A stretch of 26,983 bases of DNA from a virus (Duplodnaviria; Caudoviricetes), in the IMG/VR virus record IMGVR_UViG_3300008255_000406, positions 1 to 26,983 of that record; one strand, written 5' to 3'. The notes below the pieces were generated by a model. The model was not told where the DNA came from, made no database searches, and saw only the letters and a list, made by a program, of their open reading frames with translations. Below, in pieces: positions 1 to 9,256 of this stretch; the first letter of the stretch is position 1; every line of letters begins with the position of its first letter. Both the position numbers and the translations under genes were made by a program.

Positions 1-398
1 AAAAACAACGCAAAAACGCCCAACATCACATACAAGCCCCGTTGGGTGCTGATACCCCGCCCAAGTTCTTTCGATGGCTCGGCAACAACTGGCGTTTCGA
101 TGGGCGGTATCGGCTTCGCAGCCTGAAAGGCTATCGGCTCAGTAGCCTGAACATCGGGCACCTGAACGCCCATGTTTTTCAGAGCCGCAAAAAGAGCATC
201 CGCCGCTTTTTCTCGTGTTTCTTGGGCTTTTCGGGCGGCCTCTTTCTGCTTGGCCTCGGCTTCCCGCTTGGTTTTTTCGGCCTCTAGCTTGGCAAGTTGC
301 GTTTTGAGGTCGCTTAGTTCGGCGTTCAAATCGGTGTGTTCGGTCAGTGCTTTCATTTTGCCTAACGGTTTGTTGTTAATTGTTTTTGCTGGTTCCAT
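1..398 (-). CDS. Partial hypothetical protein: coiled coil, Pro-rich linker, start of a hydrophobic segment (runs off window)
   Basis: Manual translation from ATG 398: MEPAKTINNKPLGKMKALTEHTDLNAELSDLKTQLAKLEAEKTKREAEAKQKEAARKAQ...KPIPPIETPVVAEP...GLYVMLGVFALF, open to position 1; not in ORF track; alternative ATG at 356. Confidence 0.7.
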   Translation of the reverse strand, partial: MEPAKTINNKPLGKMKALTEHTDLNAELSDLKTQLAKLEAEKTKREAEAKQKEAARKAQETREKAADALFAALKNMGVQVPDVQATEPIAFQAAKPIPPIETPVVAEPSKELGRGISTQRGLYVMLGVFALF

Positions 399-699
399 GC
401 TTTTTTGGCTTCATTCTTCTTGAAAACTTATAGTGCTTTGTGCCGAGCCAAACGCCCGTTTTTTCTATTTTACAACGCTCTCTATCAACTAAGGTCTGCC
501 TGTTTATTCGCAGAAATTTTGACGGGAAACGCCTTTCAAAATACCGTAGGCAATATCCCGACACAAACTTGATTTCGTTTGCTAAAGTTACGATGGTATA
601 GTTGCCGTCGGCTTCGCAACAAACGATTTCGTCGGGGTATAAAACCCGATTTTTAAATCGCAGCTTAGGCAGTTGCTGCGTTATTTGGGTTCTCGACAA
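376..699 (-). CDS. Stand-alone LytTR-family DNA-binding domain protein
   Basis: EIVCCEADGNYTIV...LRYFERRFPSKFLRINRQTLVD...FSRR matches the LytTR pattern; start uncertain (TTG 699 chosen; track start 852 overlaps the upstream gene heavily). Confidence 0.8.
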   Translation of the reverse strand: MSRTQITQQLPKLRFKNRVLYPDEIVCCEADGNYTIVTLANEIKFVSGYCLRYFERRFPSKFLRINRQTLVDRERCKIEKTGVWLGTKHYKFSRRMKPKKHGTSKNN

Positions 700-1081
700 A
701 GATTTCGTAACAGTTAAACACAAGCACAGTGCTGTAATTCTGGCATTTAATAAACTCATCAATGTCAATCTGAAACGGTACGTAATTAGACTCCTCGTTT
801 TTCCACGCCACAAAACGGTTATGGTTGTTGGCGTAATTATTGCACAGTTCATCCATCTGAGATTTGTAGCCCGGATCTAAGGCGGCCATTTCGTCGTCAT
901 ATTCGTTGGCGGTTTTTGCCTCGGCAAACAGTTCATCGCTTAAAGCATTCCATGCTAGTAGCGTGTCTTTCATTTTGGCCTTGTTTTTTAAAATGCCAAA
1001 CTTGACAGTCGCCGTCAGCACACTCGACATTTCGAGGGTCTGTAAATTCTGAAAAATGTGTATTACACGTTCGTTGGTCAT
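665..1081 (-). CDS. Hypothetical helical phage protein (possibly DUF1617-like)
   Basis: 138 aa ORF in operon with AACTAACCA leader; position after a fibre gene. Confidence 0.7.
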   Translation of the reverse strand: MTNERVIHIFQNLQTLEMSSVLTATVKFGILKNKAKMKDTLLAWNALSDELFAEAKTANEYDDEMAALDPGYKSQMDELCNNYANNHNRFVAWKNEESNYVPFQIDIDEFIKCQNYSTVLVFNCYEIFVENPNNAATA

Positions 1082-1090
1082 AATTATTGG

Positions 1091-1525
1091 TTAGTTAAGT
1101 GCTGCTACAAATACTTCTGGAAATTCATCTATCAAAAATTGTTCATCCATAAAACCCACGATATCGGCTTGGTTAATGGTATAAATGGTGTAAGTCGTTA
1201 CGGGTTGCGACAAATAGGCTTGCAATTCGGGGTTAGCCGCAATAAACTGCGTTTGCAGGGCTTCGAGTTGCTGTAAATAGGCGGTATCTGTTTCGAGCCT
1301 ATCTAAGTCTGGATAAGGCTCTCCGGTGTTAACCTCTAACAACTCCATGAAATCCGACCGCCACGCCAGTTTAATCACCTCAAATTCGGCAATAAACGCA
1401 CCTAATCGGTGGAGGTTCACCAGAATCCCGTACTGCACGGTATTAGTAAAATATTGCCAGTTTTCGTCTTCACTTAGCTGCCAAAACAGCATTACATATT
1501 TCAAAATCGTTTCTACGGTCATCAT
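1091..1525 (-). CDS. Hypothetical acidic phage protein, apparent paralog of 665..1081
   Basis: 144 aa; shares TxTV[KQ][FY]GILxN with its neighbour. Confidence 0.7.
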   Translation of the reverse strand: MMTVETILKYVMLFWQLSEDENWQYFTNTVQYGILVNLHRLGAFIAEFEVIKLAWRSDFMELLEVNTGEPYPDLDRLETDTAYLQQLEALQTQFIAANPELQAYLSQPVTTYTIYTINQADIVGFMDEQFLIDEFPEVFVAALN

Positions 1526-1540
1526 GATGCGTGTGTGGGC

Positions 1541-2965
1541 TTAGTTTAGTTTGATCCAATATCCGGCGTTCATTTTCATCATAACCATCTTGGCATCAAA
1601 AGTTGTCGGCAGCGACGTAAATGTATCCGCCCCCGCATTGACCGCAATAGTAAAAACTTGGTTGGCGGTATAATTGCCTTTCACGCCGCCCGGAAACTCA
1701 ACGCTGATAGAACCCGCCTCGGCGGCATTGACAATCGTCAAGGCCAATTCTGAAGGGTAATTGGCCGGAATCGTCAGGGTCTTGTCGCCCTCAAACGTCA
1801 TTACCACCACGCTATCTACCGCAATGGCTTCACTGAGTGCGTGTGTGGCGGTAGTTACGGTCTGCACAGTTCGGCCTAAACCCCGTGGGCCGTTGAGGGT
1901 CAGCTTCCAAGTATTAAACGTTCCTGAGCCGTTAACCTCGTCAACGTTGACCGTCACGTTGGTGCGGCTCACGGCCGTAATGGTACCGCTTAGGTAGTAA
2001 CCCGCATTGATTCCCGTCGAGACCGTCAGCCGCACGTACTGCCCAACGGCTAAAGCTTGCACATTATTGACCGTAAAAACCTTACTCGCTACCGTAATAG
2101 CGTGGCTGGTGCTACTCGTGATGTTCTCAAAACCGTAGCCCCGTGGGCCTCGCATATCCGCAATCTTGATGAAGTATGTATTATTGGGCAGCATCAACCA
2201 AACGCCAATACTTGGCGGTGCCGTCAGGTCGGTTTTTTGCCACAACGCTCCGCCCGTGGTGTCAAGATAAATATCACCAACGGCCATTTCAAACTGATTC
2301 AACGCCGCCGTTACGTCACCACTGCCGCTTAATATTTGCGTATGCCCTTCGCCGGGGTCTCCTTTTTCGCCCCGTGGACCGACTTGCCCCGTGGGCCCAG
2401 CAACGCCCTGAACGCCTTGTATTCCCTGAATACCTTGCGGCCCAGTTGGGCCAGTTGGACCCCGCTGCCCCGTTAATACAATATCCCAATCGTTATGCGT
2501 TGCTAGAGCTTCACCCGTCCAGCTCAAAAAATTAATCGTGATTGTATTACCAATTACAGCCGTTACTTGGCCAAACTTGAAGTTTCCGGCGGTAGCTCCC
2601 GAACGGCTCAACAAATGTACCCAGTTACCCACCCGAAACGCCCCAACGCTGTTAGTGGTATGCGTAACCTCACCCATTTGTCCCAGTCTGTCGTTGGTGC
2701 TGCTTACCACGTTGTCGTAGCGTAGCCCACCTGCTTGTATTGGGTTTGCCACATAAACCCATATCGGTTGGTTTGGGGTATATGGCTGCGGTACAGGCGG
2801 TAGCGGGTTGGTTCGCACCACAATAGTATAAGCCCCACCGCCCAAACTCGTGCGGATATATTCTTCCGCATCATCTTGCTCAACAAAATACTCGCCGTCG
2901 TTGGCTCGCCAAAGCTGCGTTAATTGCGGAAACCGCGTAAAAATCTCTATTGCTTTTGCTTCCAT
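1541..2965 (-). CDS. Collagen-like (Gly-X-Y) fibre or decoration protein
   Basis: [40 protein letters not shown]; Thr/Gly/Val-rich beta domains with an internal duplication. Confidence 0.85.
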   Translation of the reverse strand: MEAKAIEIFTRFPQLTQLWRANDGEYFVEQDDAEEYIRTSLGGGAYTIVVRTNPLPPVPQPYTPNQPIWVYVANPIQAGGLRYDNVVSSTNDRLGQMGEVTHTTNSVGAFRVGNWVHLLSRSGATAGNFKFGQVTAVIGNTITINFLSWTGEALATHNDWDIVLTGQRGPTGPTGPQGIQGIQGVQGVAGPTGQVGPRGEKGDPGEGHTQILSGSGDVTAALNQFEMAVGDIYLDTTGGALWQKTDLTAPPSIGVWLMLPNNTYFIKIADMRGPRGYGFENITSSTSHAITVASKVFTVNNVQALAVGQYVRLTVSTGINAGYYLSGTITAVSRTNVTVNVDEVNGSGTFNTWKLTLNGPRGLGRTVQTVTTATHALSEAIAVDSVVVMTFEGDKTLTIPANYPSELALTIVNAAEAGSISVEFPGGVKGNYTANQVFTIAVNAGADTFTSLPTTFDAKMVMMKMNAGYWIKLN

Positions 2966-2974
2966 AATTTAAAT

Positions 2975-3012
2975 TCCCTTCCCCACCGTTGGGCAAGGGC
3001 AAGGGGATGGGG
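2975..3012. repeat. BoxC/PIT-like purine-pyrimidine palindromic element
   Basis: Minus strand CCCCATCCCCTTGCCCTTGCCC-AACGGT-GGGGAAGGG. Confidence 0.5.
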
Positions 3013-3014
3013 TT

Positions 3015-3425
3015 TTAACCGTAGATTATATCGAGAAAAATGAACGGCACCGTAACCTCCGCAAACTTATCGTTTTGGTTGTAGCCTTCGCCGCTGCTGG
3101 TGGCCGCACAGCCAATCAGGGTGCGGGTCGTGATACGGCCTTCTTTGGCGTACGCAATCACTATCGTCAAATCACGAAGCCCCGCTGTGCCTTTGTTGCC
3201 CTTCAGTTCCAGCAGTTTTTCTAACTCCGACTGATGAATCTTCAACTCACCTTCGTACTTGACGTTCCCGTCGTTGACGGCGATGGGCTTGTTGCCCTTG
3301 CCGTAGATGAGTTCTCGCTCGATGTCGTCTTTGAACGATATGCCCGTGGCGGCCAGCATCGTCTGCCCGTTTACCCCAATCGTTACGTCTTTCCAACCAA
3401 ACTCGTTGCTATTAAAATTTGCCAT
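3015..3425 (-). CDS. Tail tube protein
   Basis: 136 aa directly after sheath; EFGWKDV, IYGKGNKP, YEGELKI motifs typical of these tubes. Confidence 0.82.
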   Translation of the reverse strand: MANFNSNEFGWKDVTIGVNGQTMLAATGISFKDDIERELIYGKGNKPIAVNDGNVKYEGELKIHQSELEKLLELKGNKGTAGLRDLTIVIAYAKEGRITTRTLIGCAATSSGEGYNQNDKFAEVTVPFIFLDIIYG

Positions 3426-3463
3426 ATTAAATACCCGTTAAAAGTTTTATTTCCCTGTAAGTT

Positions 3464-4666
3464 TTACGCCGCCGCCGGATTCCTAAAACCCAAACTCACC
3501 ACAATCGACTTGGCGTAGCCCACGGGCGTAATTCGCAGCACCACGTCGAGGCGGTCGGTAGCCAAAATGTTTTGTGCGGGGTCAATGAATACCTCAACCC
3601 CCGAAGCTTCCCCCCGCGACACCATCGCCAGGTTGATGGCGTTCCGAACGGCCTGCTCCAAGTACGCCACCTTGGTAAGTTCCAGTTGCCCGGCTTCATC
3701 CACCAAAATTTCGTCGTTGATTTCATTAACATACGTCGTGTATGCCAAGAATAGGGCTTTGTCAATCACCCGGTTGTTGGCCAGCGTCAGGTAGTCGTCG
3801 GTCGGGAGTGTTGCCGTGGGGTCATCGGCCAAAAAGTAGCCCGTTCTGCCCACAAACGTGCGGGGCGTGATGTAGCGTTTGTTGTGAATGGCATCTATCT
3901 GAGCATCCGAAAACTCCTCTAAATTAGCCCCGTTGGTGTAATACAGCTTCGCTACGTTCAGCGTATTATCCTTCACCCGCCCGATATTGCGTTGCACAGG
4001 TAGCTTCGCTGCTCGGCCCAGCACCAAGCCCACGGCGGCGGCGGTTTTGTTGGGTTCCGTTGTGGCCAACACCACCGAACACTTCGGAAATGCGTACGTA
4101 CCGAGGTCGGTCAAATCCGCCACTTCACCGTTCCAACCCCGCCCGTCCAGGATAATACTGAAGGGCTTGAAATTATTCCGGTATTCGATTGCCAAGGCAT
4201 TACCTTTCGGTAGGGCCGTGTGTACGTCTTCATCCAAACCACCTTGCGTTACTTGGGCGTACGTAATCGTGCTGTCGATGTAGCGGCTAATGCCCAACAG
4301 CCGAATTCTCCCCTGGGCAGCGTCCAGCAGCTTGCGTGCCGAGTTCGTTGTGTTGGTGGGGTCTAGCAGTTCGGTCATGGTGCGGGTCAGCGGCACGGTC
4401 ATCAGCCACAACTCGGCGGCGTTTCCGGCCTCGTCATAAAACTCTTTGATTTGCTGCCACGTGTCCACCTTGTCAAGTTCGTCGGCGGCTTGCGTTAAGC
4501 CCAAAGCCTCGGCTTCGGCTAACGAGAAAATCTGCTTGGGCGTATAAAGCGGCAGGTCGGTTTTGGCCATACCTACCACAATCAGCCCCGCCACGCCGTC
4601 GGCGGTGGTGGTTATACGGCCTAAAGCCCCATTTTCAAGTACAATACTTACTCCTGGCAATGCCAT
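3464..4666 (-). CDS. Tail sheath protein (DUF2586-like)
   Basis: MALPGVSI..NGALG N-terminus; RVIDKA, IDPAQNILAT, PVGYAKSI C-terminal sheath motifs. Confidence 0.88.
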   Translation of the reverse strand: MALPGVSIVLENGALGRITTTADGVAGLIVVGMAKTDLPLYTPKQIFSLAEAEALGLTQAADELDKVDTWQQIKEFYDEAGNAAELWLMTVPLTRTMTELLDPTNTTNSARKLLDAAQGRIRLLGISRYIDSTITYAQVTQGGLDEDVHTALPKGNALAIEYRNNFKPFSIILDGRGWNGEVADLTDLGTYAFPKCSVVLATTEPNKTAAAVGLVLGRAAKLPVQRNIGRVKDNTLNVAKLYYTNGANLEEFSDAQIDAIHNKRYITPRTFVGRTGYFLADDPTATLPTDDYLTLANNRVIDKALFLAYTTYVNEINDEILVDEAGQLELTKVAYLEQAVRNAINLAMVSRGEASGVEVFIDPAQNILATDRLDVVLRITPVGYAKSIVVSLGFRNPAAA

Positions 4667-4689
4667 AATATCAAAACGTTAAGAGGTGA

Positions 4690-4941
4690 TTACTTGCCTT
4701 TCTTATGGGCTTTTTCTTCGGTTTCCGCTGGCTCAGCAGCGGCCTTTTCTTCCGCAGCGGCTTTCTGCTCGGCTTCTGCTTTATCGGTGGTTTCAACCGG
4801 ACGGGTTACCTTAGTTGGCTTTCCGAGATTAAAGTGTTTGGCGTGAGCCAGTGCGTCAGCTTCGTTCATAAATGCCTGACGGTCAATTTCCCAAAGCTCT
4901 GTTGCGTCAGGAAAAAACTTGAATGCTTGATTTGTGTTCAT
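4690..4941 (-). CDS. Small capsid-adjacent protein with Ala/Glu/Lys-rich tail
   Basis: 83 aa between capsid and sheath genes. Confidence 0.75.
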   Translation of the reverse strand: MNTNQAFKFFPDATELWEIDRQAFMNEADALAHAKHFNLGKPTKVTRPVETTDKAEAEQKAAAEEKAAAEPAETEEKAHKKGK

Positions 4942-5076
4942 AGAAGTTAAGTTGTTGGTGTTTGAGCTACCCTGCCGTTATCACGCGGCAGGGGTCACAG
5001 CTCTTCGCTTCTGGGGGGGGGGGTTGTATGTGTTTGGAGTGGGGGTGGGGGTGAGGGGGGGGGCGTTGGCTTTCAG

Positions 5077-5110
5077 AAAAAGCCACCCGCTGGGTACAAC
5101 AACGGGGGCT
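5077..5110 (-). terminator. Intrinsic terminator after the major capsid gene
   Basis: Minus strand AGCC-CCCGTTG-loop-CAGCGGG-T-GGCT followed by a T run. Confidence 0.65.
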
Positions 5111-5151
5111 GTTCTACTATTCAACCAAACTAACCATTATATGAAAACTAA

Positions 5152-6060
5152 TTAAGCGGCGGCTTCCACGATGGCGTAAGCACCTCTACCGTCGCTGTAC
5201 GCTTTGCTTCCACCCGCTTGCAATTCGCAAGACATGATGCGTCCAAAATGTTCAGGCCGCGGCTCGGCATCCGCCAGCACGTTAACTACTGTTTTTGATT
5301 TCCCAACAAAAGCCGGGTGGTAAGCCAGCCCCGCTTTCGCATCAGTTGCCACCGTCGCGGCGGTTGGTAGCTTCGCTACGCCAGCATCGGTGTAACGCAG
5401 CACTTCGGCACGTTTCACGATGGTAAAGCCCAACACCTCGCCCAAGATTCCCTTGTTCAGGTCAGCCAGTTTGGAGTTGAAATTTTCTTTGATATCCGCA
5501 TCAAGAAACATCCCGTTGTACATCGTGGACGGCAACAAAATTCTACGCCCGGCGGCCGGAATCTTGTCGTTATCCATGGCGGTGTGCAAGTCAACGAGGT
5601 CATTGTATGTCAGCAGCTTGCGGTTACCCGTTGCCCCGGCAAGCGAGGTCGGTTTCGCCGCTCCGCTCGTTTGCAAAATCCTTGCGGCGATTTCCGCTCT
5701 CCAAGCGTACAATATATCAAGAGCCACGCCATCTTGAATATTCATCAGCATATTAAATATAACACTCTGCATTTTGTTGTAAGACATTTGCAGTTGCTCC
5801 AAATCTCGTACCCGCTGCGGGTTACTGGTATAGTCAACCATATCGTAGCTGATGTCTCCATCAGGACGTTCCGTGATTGGTGCAGGGAAAACCGTCCGGT
5901 TACGCTCGTATCCGGTAGGTGTTCCGGCTTGCGGAATAACCACGGTTTTGATACCTGCGTTGGCGTACTCATCCCAGTTCAGCGATTCGTTCAAAAACTC
6001 ATTCGGTGCGAAGAGGTTTTCCATGATGCGGGCCATCCACATCGTTCTCAATAAAGCCAT
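5152..6060 (-). CDS. Major capsid protein
   Basis: 302 aa directly after protease/scaffold; TVVIPQAG, IPAAGRRILL, GEVLGFTI resemble HK97-fold capsids. Confidence 0.85.
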   Translation of the reverse strand: MALLRTMWMARIMENLFAPNEFLNESLNWDEYANAGIKTVVIPQAGTPTGYERNRTVFPAPITERPDGDISYDMVDYTSNPQRVRDLEQLQMSYNKMQSVIFNMLMNIQDGVALDILYAWRAEIAARILQTSGAAKPTSLAGATGNRKLLTYNDLVDLHTAMDNDKIPAAGRRILLPSTMYNGMFLDADIKENFNSKLADLNKGILGEVLGFTIVKRAEVLRYTDAGVAKLPTAATVATDAKAGLAYHPAFVGKSKTVVNVLADAEPRPEHFGRIMSCELQAGGSKAYSDGRGAYAIVEAAA

Positions 6061-6102
6061 TTTTATATCTCGTTTAAAAAGTGATAATTAGGTCAGGTAC
6101 TG

Positions 6103-7035
6103 TTACTTGCCAAATTCAGCTTCGTACAAAGCCGTGAATGCGGCCTCATCGTTCAGTTGCATATCTTGCAAGCCTTTGGAGTCTTTTTCCTGCCAGTCGC
6201 TGAATTTCCAGTCTTTTCTACCTTCGTTTGCAGAAGGCGTTTTCGCCCCTTTCTTCACAATGTCAGCAAGCGTAACGGTTTTGGGAATTGAGACCAGCGT
6301 TTTCTCGAACAACTCAAAGTTCGTGTCGGCAAGTTGTAAGAAGGTAGCTTTTGATTCTTCCTCCAGCCGACCTTCCGCAACGGCGGCGTCGCAGAGCGTC
6401 ACGGCCTTGGCCTTTTGGGCGTTTTTGGTTGCGGCTTGGAGTGCCACCAAATCATGCATCGCCTGGGCGGCATCAGCTAACGCTACGTTAACTTGTTCCT
6501 CCGTCGCCGTTTCCGGCAAGCCAAATTGTTTGGCAATTTTCTTAATGTCCATTTCTGTCTTGGAATTAGTTAATGGTTTGATTGCCGGAAAGTCGGCGAG
6601 TTCAATGGCTGATTCATCCCGAACGGGGTTGTTGTCCTTATCGTAGAGCGTAAGAGCCGAGCGGTTGGCGGGTACACTTACTATGCTTACTTCGCACAGC
6701 TCGCAGTAGGTTACCTGTATCGCCGTGGTGCCGTCTTCGAGTTTAACTTCGTAGCCCTGCACGTTCCGTATGCCAATGCTGGCGGCCTTCAAAAAACCCT
6801 TGGTAACTTTGTTCGCAATGCCTTTGGCAAAGGCATCCTCGGTATCAAAAACGGGGTCAGCCAGCAGCTTTTCGGCTTCGATACGCAGCTTCTCCCAACG
6901 CCCAATAACGTGCTTTCTGTCGTGCATATACAGCATCACGGGGTTCTCCTCAAACGCCTGCGTGTCAATCGCCGTCGTCGGGATAATCAACCGTTTGGTA
7001 TTCAGCGAGCCGTCCGAAAGAATAAAGGTTTTCAT
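6103..7035 (-). CDS. Prohead protease with C-terminal scaffold
   Basis: NPVMLYMH, IGRW, GFLKAASIG, EVSIVSVPAN motifs; helical C-terminus. Confidence 0.9.
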   Translation of the reverse strand: MKTFILSDGSLNTKRLIIPTTAIDTQAFEENPVMLYMHDRKHVIGRWEKLRIEAEKLLADPVFDTEDAFAKGIANKVTKGFLKAASIGIRNVQGYEVKLEDGTTAIQVTYCELCEVSIVSVPANRSALTLYDKDNNPVRDESAIELADFPAIKPLTNSKTEMDIKKIAKQFGLPETATEEQVNVALADAAQAMHDLVALQAATKNAQKAKAVTLCDAAVAEGRLEEESKATFLQLADTNFELFEKTLVSIPKTVTLADIVKKGAKTPSANEGRKDWKFSDWQEKDSKGLQDMQLNDEAAFTALYEAEFGK

Positions 7036-7065
7036 GTCAGGATAAATCAGTTTTTCGTGATTGCC

Positions 7066-7181
7066 TTACAAAGATGGGCGGTGAAAATGGATGCCACAAC
7101 GCAGGCTTTTACAACAAAACGCCTTTACGGGGTTATTGTAATCGGGAGGAGGAAATACGTGTTTTTAGGTGCTTACTTTTG
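7066..7181. promoter_or_regulatory. Divergent late promoter region
   Basis: TACTTTTG (+, 7174-7181) and CATCTTTG (-, ~7069-7076) -7-like boxes; TTACAA...TTGTAA inverted repeat between them. Confidence 0.5.
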
Positions 7182-7220
7182 AATCAGAAACAAACCCAAA
7201 AACACCTAATTAAGTACTGC

Positions 7221-7676
7221 ATGGCATTATCAAGAGAAGAAGCTGCTAAAGAACTATATTTTCAGGAATTTACCCAAAAAAGAATTGCTGACCTCATAGA
7301 AGTGGCCGAGCAAACCATTAGTCGCTGGGCAAAAAAAGGCAACTGGGCGGAAGAACGTGCCGAACGCATGAACTCCAAAGAATCTATCCAAAACCGGGTA
7401 CTCAAGCTCATAGACTACCAACTCTGGTGCATCGAAAAGAAAGTAACGCAGGCAATGGAGGAAGGAACGCCAACGCCAATCGACAAAGGCGAAATTGATG
7501 CCCTATCAAAACTATTTGCTGGAGTTAAGGAAAAAGAAATCGGCTTTGTGCAATCAGTCAAACTGATAACCAAATTCACCGACTACATCAACACCCAAGA
7601 CCCCAAAGTAGCCAAGGGTATCCTCAAATACGCCGACGAGTTCATCTATAAACTCAAGCACGATTACGACACCTAA
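7221..7676 (+). CDS. Terminase small subunit-like HTH protein (DUF1804 / gpP N-terminal type)
   Basis: AKELYFQEFTQKRIADLIEVAEQTISRWAKKGNW HTH; precedes terL; start moved to ATG 7221. Confidence 0.75.
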   Translation: MALSREEAAKELYFQEFTQKRIADLIEVAEQTISRWAKKGNWAEERAERMNSKESIQNRVLKLIDYQLWCIEKKVTQAMEEGTPTPIDKGEIDALSKLFAGVKEKEIGFVQSVKLITKFTDYINTQDPKVAKGILKYADEFIYKLKHDYDT

Positions 7677-7691
7677 CCACACCAGGAAGCC

Positions 7692-9251
7692 ATGACACAG
7701 AAACAAGCCCTCGAACGCTACGACGAACTCAAACGCAACATCCAACGGGCAACTCCCGTTCCTACGCACGAAACCCCGCGTGAGAAAGAGGCACGCATTG
7801 AATCGCTCAAAGCGGATTTTGATGCGTTCTGTAAATATTACTTCCCGGATTACTTTGATCCCGAAAAAAAGGGTGCAGAGTTCGGTTGGTTTCATAACCA
7901 AGCCGCCCACCAAATCATCAATGACCAAGATATTTTTGCCGTGCTGGAGTGGCCGCGTGAACACGCCAAGTCCGTATTCGCCGACATATTCCTTCCGCTC
8001 TACTTGAAAGCCATTGGGCAACTGGAAGGGCTAATTCTTTCCTCCAGCTCCGGCGAAAAAGCAAAGGGGTTATTGTCCGACATCCAAGGGGAACTCGAAT
8101 CCAACCAACGGTATATCAACGACTACGGGCAACAATACAGCCTCGGCTCCTGGACAGAGGGCGAGTTCGTAACCCGTGACGGCGTTGGCTTTTGGGCCGT
8201 CGGGAAAAGGCAATCGCCCCGGGGTATCCGGGAAGGCGAGAAACGCCCGAACTTCCTGATTATTGACGACCTCGACGACGACGAAGAGGTTCGCAACGAA
8301 GCCCTCGTAGAAAAATCGCTCGACTGGATGAAAGGAGCGTTAATCGGTGCGTTGTCACTTATCCGCTCCCGTGTGGTTATGGTCGGCAACCGGATTGCCA
8401 AAAACTCCATCCTAGCTCACACCGTCGGCGATGTGGAGGAATCCGACCCGAAGAAAGAAGGCATTACGCACATCAAAGTATATGCCCTCGAAAACCCGAT
8501 TACCCACGAAGAAGACCAATCCGAACGGGGCGTTCCGGCTTGGAAAGAACGCTACGACCGTTCGCACCTACTCCGCCGAATGAAAATAATGGGCTACCGC
8601 ATGGCCCAACGGGAGTTCTTCCACCGCCAAATCAAGGAAGGCAAGATTTTCAAGAACGAGTGGCTCGTGTACGCACCAATGCCCGATTATAAATACTTCG
8701 AGGCCGTCACCATCTACTGTGATCCTTCGTTCAAGGACTCTAAGAAAAACGACTTCAAGGCAATTGTTGCTCTCGGCAGAATCGGCAATAAGGTCTATAT
8801 GCTGGACTGCTGGATTCGCCAAGCAAGCCGTGGCAGCATGGCCGCCGCTCACTACGATATGCACGCCGCCGCCGAAAGCAAGCACCCCCGCATCGTCAAA
8901 AGCTATATCGAAGCCAATTTCATGCAGGATCAGATGATTCAGGATTACCTCATCGAATCTATCGAGCGGGGTTATTTGATGCCCATCAACGAAGACAAAC
9001 GCCAAAAACCAAACAAGCTCGGACGTATCGAAAACCTCAGCCCATTATTTGAGCGGGGGCTGGTAGTAATCAACGAAGAGCTGCGGGGATCACTCGACTA
9101 TGAAGTGTTCAAATCACAGCTTACCGGATTCCCCAACGACCACGACGACGGCCCCGATGCCTTCGAGGGGGCTTACTTCAAACTCAAAGAAATGCACCGA
9201 ACCAGCCACGTACCCGTGGGCGGCACTTACCAAAAACGTAATCAATTCTAA
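7692..9251 (+). CDS. terL: Terminase large subunit
   Basis: PREHAKS (Walker A-like), LIIDD (Walker B), CDPS and HDDGPDA nuclease motifs. Confidence 0.93.
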   Translation: MTQKQALERYDELKRNIQRATPVPTHETPREKEARIESLKADFDAFCKYYFPDYFDPEKKGAEFGWFHNQAAHQIINDQDIFAVLEWPREHAKSVFADIFLPLYLKAIGQLEGLILSSSSGEKAKGLLSDIQGELESNQRYINDYGQQYSLGSWTEGEFVTRDGVGFWAVGKRQSPRGIREGEKRPNFLIIDDLDDDEEVRNEALVEKSLDWMKGALIGALSLIRSRVVMVGNRIAKNSILAHTVGDVEESDPKKEGITHIKVYALENPITHEEDQSERGVPAWKERYDRSHLLRRMKIMGYRMAQREFFHRQIKEGKIFKNEWLVYAPMPDYKYFEAVTIYCDPSFKDSKKNDFKAIVALGRIGNKVYMLDCWIRQASRGSMAAAHYDMHAAAESKHPRIVKSYIEANFMQDQMIQDYLIESIERGYLMPINEDKRQKPNKLGRIENLSPLFERGLVVINEELRGSLDYEVFKSQLTGFPNDHDDGPDAFEGAYFKLKEMHRTSHVPVGGTYQKRNQF

Positions 9252-9256
9252 AACCC

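Noticed and set aside
4934-5155. 73-aa + strand ORF across the G tracts
   Set aside because: Low-complexity translation of intergenic structure, antisense to the operon
7074-7220. Track's longer N-terminus for terS
   Set aside because: Overlaps the divergent promoter region; ATG 7221 fits the HTH start
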